A DNA stretch of 63,705 bases, the filler included, from Thraustochytrium aureum (lineage: Eukaryota): assembly GCA_012862495.1 (NCBI GenBank). It is 5 parts of 4 records of this genome, joined end to end, with 100 filler letters (N's around TTAATTAATTAA, not from the genome) between each part and the next. Parts side by side here need not be neighbours in the genome. Positions count along the whole stretch, not along the records: positions 31,438 to 60,764 come from BLSG01000352.1; positions 60,865 to 62,389 come from BLSG01000358.1; positions 62,490 to 63,705 come from BLSG01000372.1; 2 more parts are not named here. One strand, given 5' to 3'. The notes under the pieces were generated by a model, which saw only the letters and a list, made by a program, of their open reading frames with translations, did no database searches and had not been told where the DNA came from. Both the position numbers and the translations under genes were made by a program. Shown in pieces: positions 59,047 through 63,705 of this stretch. The number at the start of each line of letters is the position of its first letter. Position 1 is the stretch's first letter.

Positions 59047-60650
59047 TGTAGACGCGCAGCGACCCCAGTCTCTGGGTGCCATGGGTGCTCGGGGCCTCGC
59101 TCAGAAGCCGATCGCCGGCGGCGGCGCCGCAGGGGCGCCAGCTCCCGCTGGCCGCACAACGAGGCGGCTGATGAGGCCGGCGCGGCCTCCCTGCGACGGC
59201 ACGCTGACTTTGATGTAGTCCTTGTAGCTCCCGCCGAGNNNNNNNNNNNNNNNNNNNNNNNNNNNNNNNNNNNNNNNNNNNNNNNNNNNNNNNNNNNNNN
59301 NNNNNNNNNNNNNNNNNNNNNNNNNNNNNNNNNNNNNNNNNNNNNNNNNNNNNNNNNNNNNNNNNNNNNNNNNNNNNNNNNNNNNNNNNNNNNNNNNNNN
59401 NNNNNNNNNNNNNNNNNNNNNNNNNNNNNNNNNNNNNNNNNNNNNNNNNNNNNNNNNNNNNNNNNNNNNNNNNNNNNNNNNNNNNNNNNNNNNNNNNNNN
59501 NNNNNNNNNNNNNNNNNNNNNNNNNNNNNNNNNNNNNNNNNNNNNNNNNNNNNNNNNNNNNNNNNNNNNNNNNNNNNNNNNNNNNNNNNNNNNNNNNNNN
59601 NNNNNNNNNNNNNNNNNNNNNNNNNNNNNNNNNNNNNNNNNNNNNNNNNNNNNNNNNCCCTTTTGACGGGAAATGATTCCGTACTGCCGCATCGTCGGAG
59701 AGTTTTTCGTCCACCAAGTGGTCCGCCACGAGCTCGAGCTCGTTCGCGCCATAAGAAAGAGCTGGGGGCGGCGGGGCCGACGCGGAGCCCTCAAACAAGG
59801 CATCCCGGAGCAGATCCGTGCCGCTCTGCCCAGCACTGAGCGTGCTTGGGTACGGCTGAAACGCAGGAGCCGGAGCAGACGGAGCCGGAGCAGACGGAGC
59901 AGGTGCCGGCACCATCTGCACTTGTGGCGCGGCAGACGCGACCGCCACAGGCGCCGGGGCAGGCGCCGGGAGTTGGATCGCGAGGGTGCTGCCAGCACCG
60001 CACCCGGCCGGGCAGGTCACATTGTAGGTTTGGCCCTGAAAGTTGACCGCGAACGGCATGCCAGCGGAAACGCCAGCAGGGACGGTCACGTTAACCGTTT
60101 GCATCGCTGGCGCGCTCACGGTCACCACAGTGGCGCGAGCCGCCGTGGCGGCTTCGGCTGACTTGCGCGCCTTCTCGGCTTCCTTTTGGGCTTGGCGCGC
60201 CTCCTCCTGGGCCCGAGCAGCGCTTGCATTGGCTTGGGCGATCTCTTGTTGGGTTCGCGCGGCGTCGCGCTGGCGTTCGCGGCTCCTGTGCAGATTTTCA
60301 GCGTGCAACACGTCAGCGCTTGCCGCAGTGAGAAAAGGCTTTTGGAGCACCAACTTACCGGTGAATCGCTCCACCAACGAGCAGTCCCGTCATCACGGGG
60401 CGGGCCGGCCCACGACCTGCTCTCGCGTCCGCGTCAGCAACCCCGAACAAGCAGGTGGCGGCGAGCGCGCGCCGCGCAGTCGCATCGCATCCAGTCCCAT
60501 CCCCGCGGTCACCCCAACCCTCCCTCCCTCCCCTCAATCCCTCCATCCCAGCCAGGCCAGAGACTTACGAACGACCACGACCATCTTGAGAGCGCCGCCA
60601 CAAGCAGCTGCAGCCTACTTCGTCCGAGTCCCGAGACCGTCTTCGCGCGC
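59047..60650 (-). CDS. Hypothetical multi-exon protein with Ala/Pro-rich region; boundaries uncertain
   Basis: ORF 58911-60377 has a coiled coil, the motif VTVPAGVSAGMPFAVNFQGQTYNVTCPAGCGAGSTLAIQLP and a PAPA tract. GTAAGT donor-like sites near 60568 and 60358. Confidence 0.5.
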
Positions 60651-60764
60651 CGCTGCGTCTCGTCCACGGCCGTGCTGGAGCTCCCGTTTGGTTCAGTGAC
60701 TGCCTGTGAACTGGAAAAATCCAACAGAAGAACACAATTTGTACATTCCATTTCAGGACTATTT

Positions 60765-60864
60765 NNNNNNNNNNNNNNNNNNNNNNNNNNNNNNNNNNNN
60801 NNNNNNNNTTAATTAATTAANNNNNNNNNNNNNNNNNNNNNNNNNNNNNNNNNNNNNNNNNNNN
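60765..60864. other. Artificial scaffold linker
   Basis: TTAATTAATTAA at 60809-60820 between 44-N runs. Confidence 0.98.
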
Positions 60865-61611
60865 CTTCGTGCGGGAGGTCGAGGCGATGGGCGAAAACCA
60901 AGCCCCTGGCCGCGGCTTCCGGTACGACACGGCCGGGCCCGCGGCAACCGGCGCAGCAACACCGCCGTGCCCACGCCCTCGCAGAGCCGGCACTCCACCG
61001 CGGCGCTCGACCCGGGCGTTCGGACCTTCCAGACCGTCTACGACGCGGACGGGCAGGCGATTGAGTGGGGCGCGGGCGACATGCGCTCGGTGTTCGTTCT
61101 CTGCCGCCAGGCGGACGCGATCCAGTCCAAGATGGCCAGGAAGCGCGCCGGGAAGGGGAGCACCTACGGGCTGCGCAAGGCCTGGGTCCGCAAGCTCGCC
61201 AAGATCAAGCAGAAGGTGGCGGAGTGCCACCGCAAGCTCGCGCTCTTCCTTGTGGAGAACTACCGCGCCGTGCTGATCCCCAAGTTCGACGTCTCGCGCA
61301 TGGTGCGCGGCCGTGACCGCAAGATCCGCTCAGTCACCGTGCGCTCCATGTGCACCTGGTCGCACTTCGCCTTCCGGAAGGCGCTCTTCACCAAGGCCGA
61401 GCTCGCGCCCTGGTGTAAGGTCGTCGAGGTCGGCGAGGCATATACCTCCAAGACCTGCGAGGAGTGCGGCGCGCTGCACAACAAGCTGGGCGGCAGCAAG
61501 GTGTTCAAGTGCCCGAGATGCGGTCACACCGCGGACCGCGACGTGCATGCTGCCAAGAACATTCTCCTGCGCTACCTCACGCGCGAGAACATCAACCCGG
61601 CTCGCTTTTGA
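60865..61611 (+). CDS. Fanzor2 (eukaryotic IS607-type TnpB homologue) RNA-guided RuvC endonuclease, C-terminal half; 5' truncated at scaffold edge
   Basis: RuvC-I ALDPGVRTFQTVYD (D 61009); RuvC-II region YRAVLIPKF with Pro at the canonical Glu position and relocated Glu in VGEAYTSKTC (61435); zinc finger CEEC...CPRC; RuvC-III DRDVHAAKNI (D 61540). Confidence 0.92.
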   Translation, partial: LRAGGRGDGRKPSPWPRLPVRHGRARGNRRSNTAVPTPSQSRHSTAALDPGVRTFQTVYDADGQAIEWGAGDMRSVFVLCRQADAIQSKMARKRAGKGSTYGLRKAWVRKLAKIKQKVAECHRKLALFLVENYRAVLIPKFDVSRMVRGRDRKIRSVTVRSMCTWSHFAFRKALFTKAELAPWCKVVEVGEAYTSKTCEECGALHNKLGGSKVFKCPRCGHTADRDVHAAKNILLRYLTRENINPARF

Positions 61612-61752
61612 GCCGGAGAGAGGTAGTCGTCGAAGAGGCGACTACCTTCGTGCCTTAGCACCCCACGTTGCCACTGGCCGTGGGTAACATCATCATGCGA
61701 CAGCTTTTGGCGAAATTGCTCGAATTGATAGATTTAATCTAAGGGCAGTTGG
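61597..61752 (+). ncRNA. Putative Fanzor omega-RNA scaffold / transposon right end
   Basis: Hairpins at 61597-61616 (overlapping the stop codon), 61620-61648 and ~61662-61688, plus long-range TGCCTTAG (61651-58)/CTAAGGGCA (61739-47) complementarity, directly 3' of the Fanzor ORF. Confidence 0.68.
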
Positions 61753-61821
61753 CACCGTGATTCTGTCCCAAAAATAGATTGCAAACAGCAGTTGCACAAC
61801 AACGAAGTCGAGCGAAAGGCA

Positions 61822-62389
61822 ATGACGAGGACGCTCTCGGACATGTGGGGCGGCGCGGGCGGCAGCGCGACATGCGCGCGTAAGCGGGCACGCGCGTACG
61901 TCGCGGAAGATAAGCCCCGCGCGCGACCCGTGCGCCCGCAAAAGCGCCAAGCGCAGCTGGAGCAGCAGACGTACCTGGACCTGGGCCAGCGCGGGTTTGT
62001 CGGCAAGGAGTGCGAGGCGTGCGGCATGACCTTCGTGCCTGGGGTGGCCACCGACGAGGCCCAGCACGCTCGATTCTGCAGCGAAAAGGCGGGTGCTATC
62101 TCCATGCGCGGCGTCGACGCCGAGGCAGCAGCTGGCCGCCTGGTCGCGGACCGCTTCGGCGAGGGTTCGGTCGCTCTTTACGTGCCCGGCTCGCCCTGCC
62201 CCCGCGCGCCCGCGAAAGGCTTTGCCGCCAAGCTCCTGGCAGTCAAGCGCGCGGTGGTGGACCCGCAAATGGGCTTCGCGGAGCGGCCCAAGGACAGGCG
62301 AGAGGACGTCGCAGCGGTGGTCGTGCGAGGCCGCTGGCGGGATTCGCCCTGATCGAGCGCGTGGCGGCCGAGGACCGCGTGTGCTGGAC
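61822..62389 (+). CDS. ECO1: Cohesin acetyltransferase Eco1/ESCO, N-terminal part (frameshift near 62335; truncated at scaffold edge)
   Basis: PIP-like QQTYLDLGQ followed by the C2H2-type zinc finger CEACGMTFVPGVATDEAQHARFC; AVVDPQMGF matches the conserved VdxELGF motif. Confidence 0.85.
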
Positions 62390-62489
62390 NNNNNNNNNNN
62401 NNNNNNNNNNNNNNNNNNNNNNNNNNNNNNNNNTTAATTAATTAANNNNNNNNNNNNNNNNNNNNNNNNNNNNNNNNNNNNNNNNNNNN
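62390..62489. other. Artificial scaffold linker
   Basis: TTAATTAATTAA at 62434-62445 between 44-N runs. Confidence 0.98.
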
Positions 62490-63197
62490 TTCTACTATCC
62501 GGTGTTCGCAGTGCCGGAAAAGGTCCTCGAAAGCGAGTACAAGCGGGTCGCGCGCAAGCCCCCGCCGCAAGAGCAGCCCACAGCTGCCGCCGCCCCACTC
62601 ACGCCCGACGACAGCGCCAGCAACGGCGACAGCCCAGGCGCGGACCAAGCGACGGCCAGGCCGTCGGCCAAGCGCCGAAAGGGCAAGGGCAAAGCCAAGA
62701 CAGCGGCCAGGGCAAAGTCCGCCGGGGGCGCGGAACGCCAGGCGAAGAGCGGCAGTGTCGACGAGCTCGCCGTTGTCCACGCTTTTCAGACGCCAAAAGG
62801 CGCGCTGAGGTTTGAGGACACCGAGTACGAGGACGACTCTGAACCGCTCGTTGTCGTGTTTCCAAACGGAGAGGAGATCCAGCTCGACGATCTCAAGCGC
62901 GTCGACGCGCTCAAGGAAACGCTTCCGGACGCCGTCCCGCTTATCAGCGAGGCGACGGCCCCAACGAGCGGTGTATCTTTTGTTCTGGTGCAGCGAATCC
63001 GGTCTGCGGCGCGCCCGTTCCCGGACAGCGTGTTTCTGCGTCACGCGCTCCTCGTACTAGCGTTTGTGGGCTCCATCCTCGGCTCGCACTACCTGTTCCT
63101 GCTCCAGTTTCTAGCCCCAATCGTTGCATGCCTCTGCGTGCTCATGGGCAAGGAGAGCGCGCCAGTGGAGCGGTATGTCCACAAAAAGGTGAACTGA
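62490..63197 (+). CDS. 3' part of a hypothetical protein with two C-terminal transmembrane segments
   Basis: Open frame from the scaffold edge with hydrophobic ALLVLAFVGSILGSHYLFLLQFLAPIVACLCVLMG before the stop. Confidence 0.6.
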   Translation, partial: FYYPVFAVPEKVLESEYKRVARKPPPQEQPTAAAAPLTPDDSASNGDSPGADQATARPSAKRRKGKGKAKTAARAKSAGGAERQAKSGSVDELAVVHAFQTPKGALRFEDTEYEDDSEPLVVVFPNGEEIQLDDLKRVDALKETLPDAVPLISEATAPTSGVSFVLVQRIRSAARPFPDSVFLRHALLVLAFVGSILGSHYLFLLQFLAPIVACLCVLMGKESAPVERYVHKKVN

Positions 63198-63411
63198 ACG
63201 GAGCGAGCAGGGATCGCGTGAACGCCATTTGCAACGTGAGAAAAAAAGGAAACATGACATCCTGCTGACAACCTGTGTTTGATGAAAGATTGACCAAGAG
63301 AGATCTTGAAAAAAAGAAACGATACCAAAACTCGCAAGCTCCGCTTGCCTCCGTGGCGATGAGCAATCCGGCCGCCGTCACCACGTCGAGCGTGCCAACC
63401 GACGCGTCGAG

Positions 63412-63705
63412 TCACAGCTCCACCTCGGCGTCGCCGTCGCCCGCCTGTGCCGTTGGCTCGTCGTCCGCGCCGGCGGGAGCCACCGTCGACCCCTCGGTGT
63501 CGTGCCCAAGCGCGTCAGGCGCTGCGGGCGACGCCGGCGCGGTCGCCTCTGCTTTCGGCGTGGGCTCTGCTTTCGGCGTGGGCTCTGCTTTCGGCGCCGG
63601 CGCCTCTGCTTTCGGCGCGGGCGCCTCTGCTTTCGGCTCGGTCGCCTCTGCTTTCGGCGCGGGCGGCATCTCGCGCTCCAGTGCCGGCATCTCGCTCTCC
63701 AGTGC
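63412..63705 (-). CDS. 3' end of a protein with PKAE(A/P) tandem repeats and acidic tail
   Basis: Seven PKAE units encoded by an 18-21-nt minisatellite (63548-63660); ends DGDAEVEL*; runs off the window. Confidence 0.65.
   Translation of the reverse strand, partial: ALESEMPALEREMPPAPKAEATEPKAEAPAPKAEAPAPKAEPTPKAEPTPKAEATAPASPAAPDALGHDTEGSTVAPAGADDEPTAQAGDGDAEVEL

Noticed and set aside
40417..61611. Harbinger transposase, TIR gene or gag as partners of the Fanzor
   Set aside because: They lie on a different scaffold, separated from the Fanzor by an artificial linker.
60865..61611. Bacterial TnpB/Cas12f contamination
   Set aside because: The same contig continues into a eukaryote-specific ECO1 gene, codon usage matches the host and no CRISPR array is present.

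Overview
Eukaryotic, GC-rich protist DNA, most consistent with a thraustochytrid/labyrinthulomycete stramenopile (an inference from the DGAT2, flagellar CFAP53 and sparse GT-AG introns). It is not one locus. Four artificial 100-nt linkers (N44-TTAATTAATTAA-N44) join five independent scaffolds: 1-19914, 20015-31337, 31438-60764, 60865-62389 and 62490-63705. Many genes carry apparent 1-nt frameshifts, probably sequencing errors. Host genes include pelota, CFAP53, a PDCD4-like MA3 protein, an RGS-domain kinase, a FHIP/FAM160-like protein, DGAT2, a TPR/DENN/PH-like giant protein, an SDR, a PX-sterol glucosyltransferase and ECO1. The third scaffold is rich in mobile elements: a PIF/Harbinger transposase, a gag with zinc knuckle, a copia-like protease ORF and a standalone TIR protein. 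The standout is a Fanzor2-type (IS607 TnpB-derived) RNA-guided nuclease at ~60865-61611. It has the rearranged RuvC triad intact and is followed by a ~150-nt structured omega-RNA-like 3' element that ends just upstream of ECO1.
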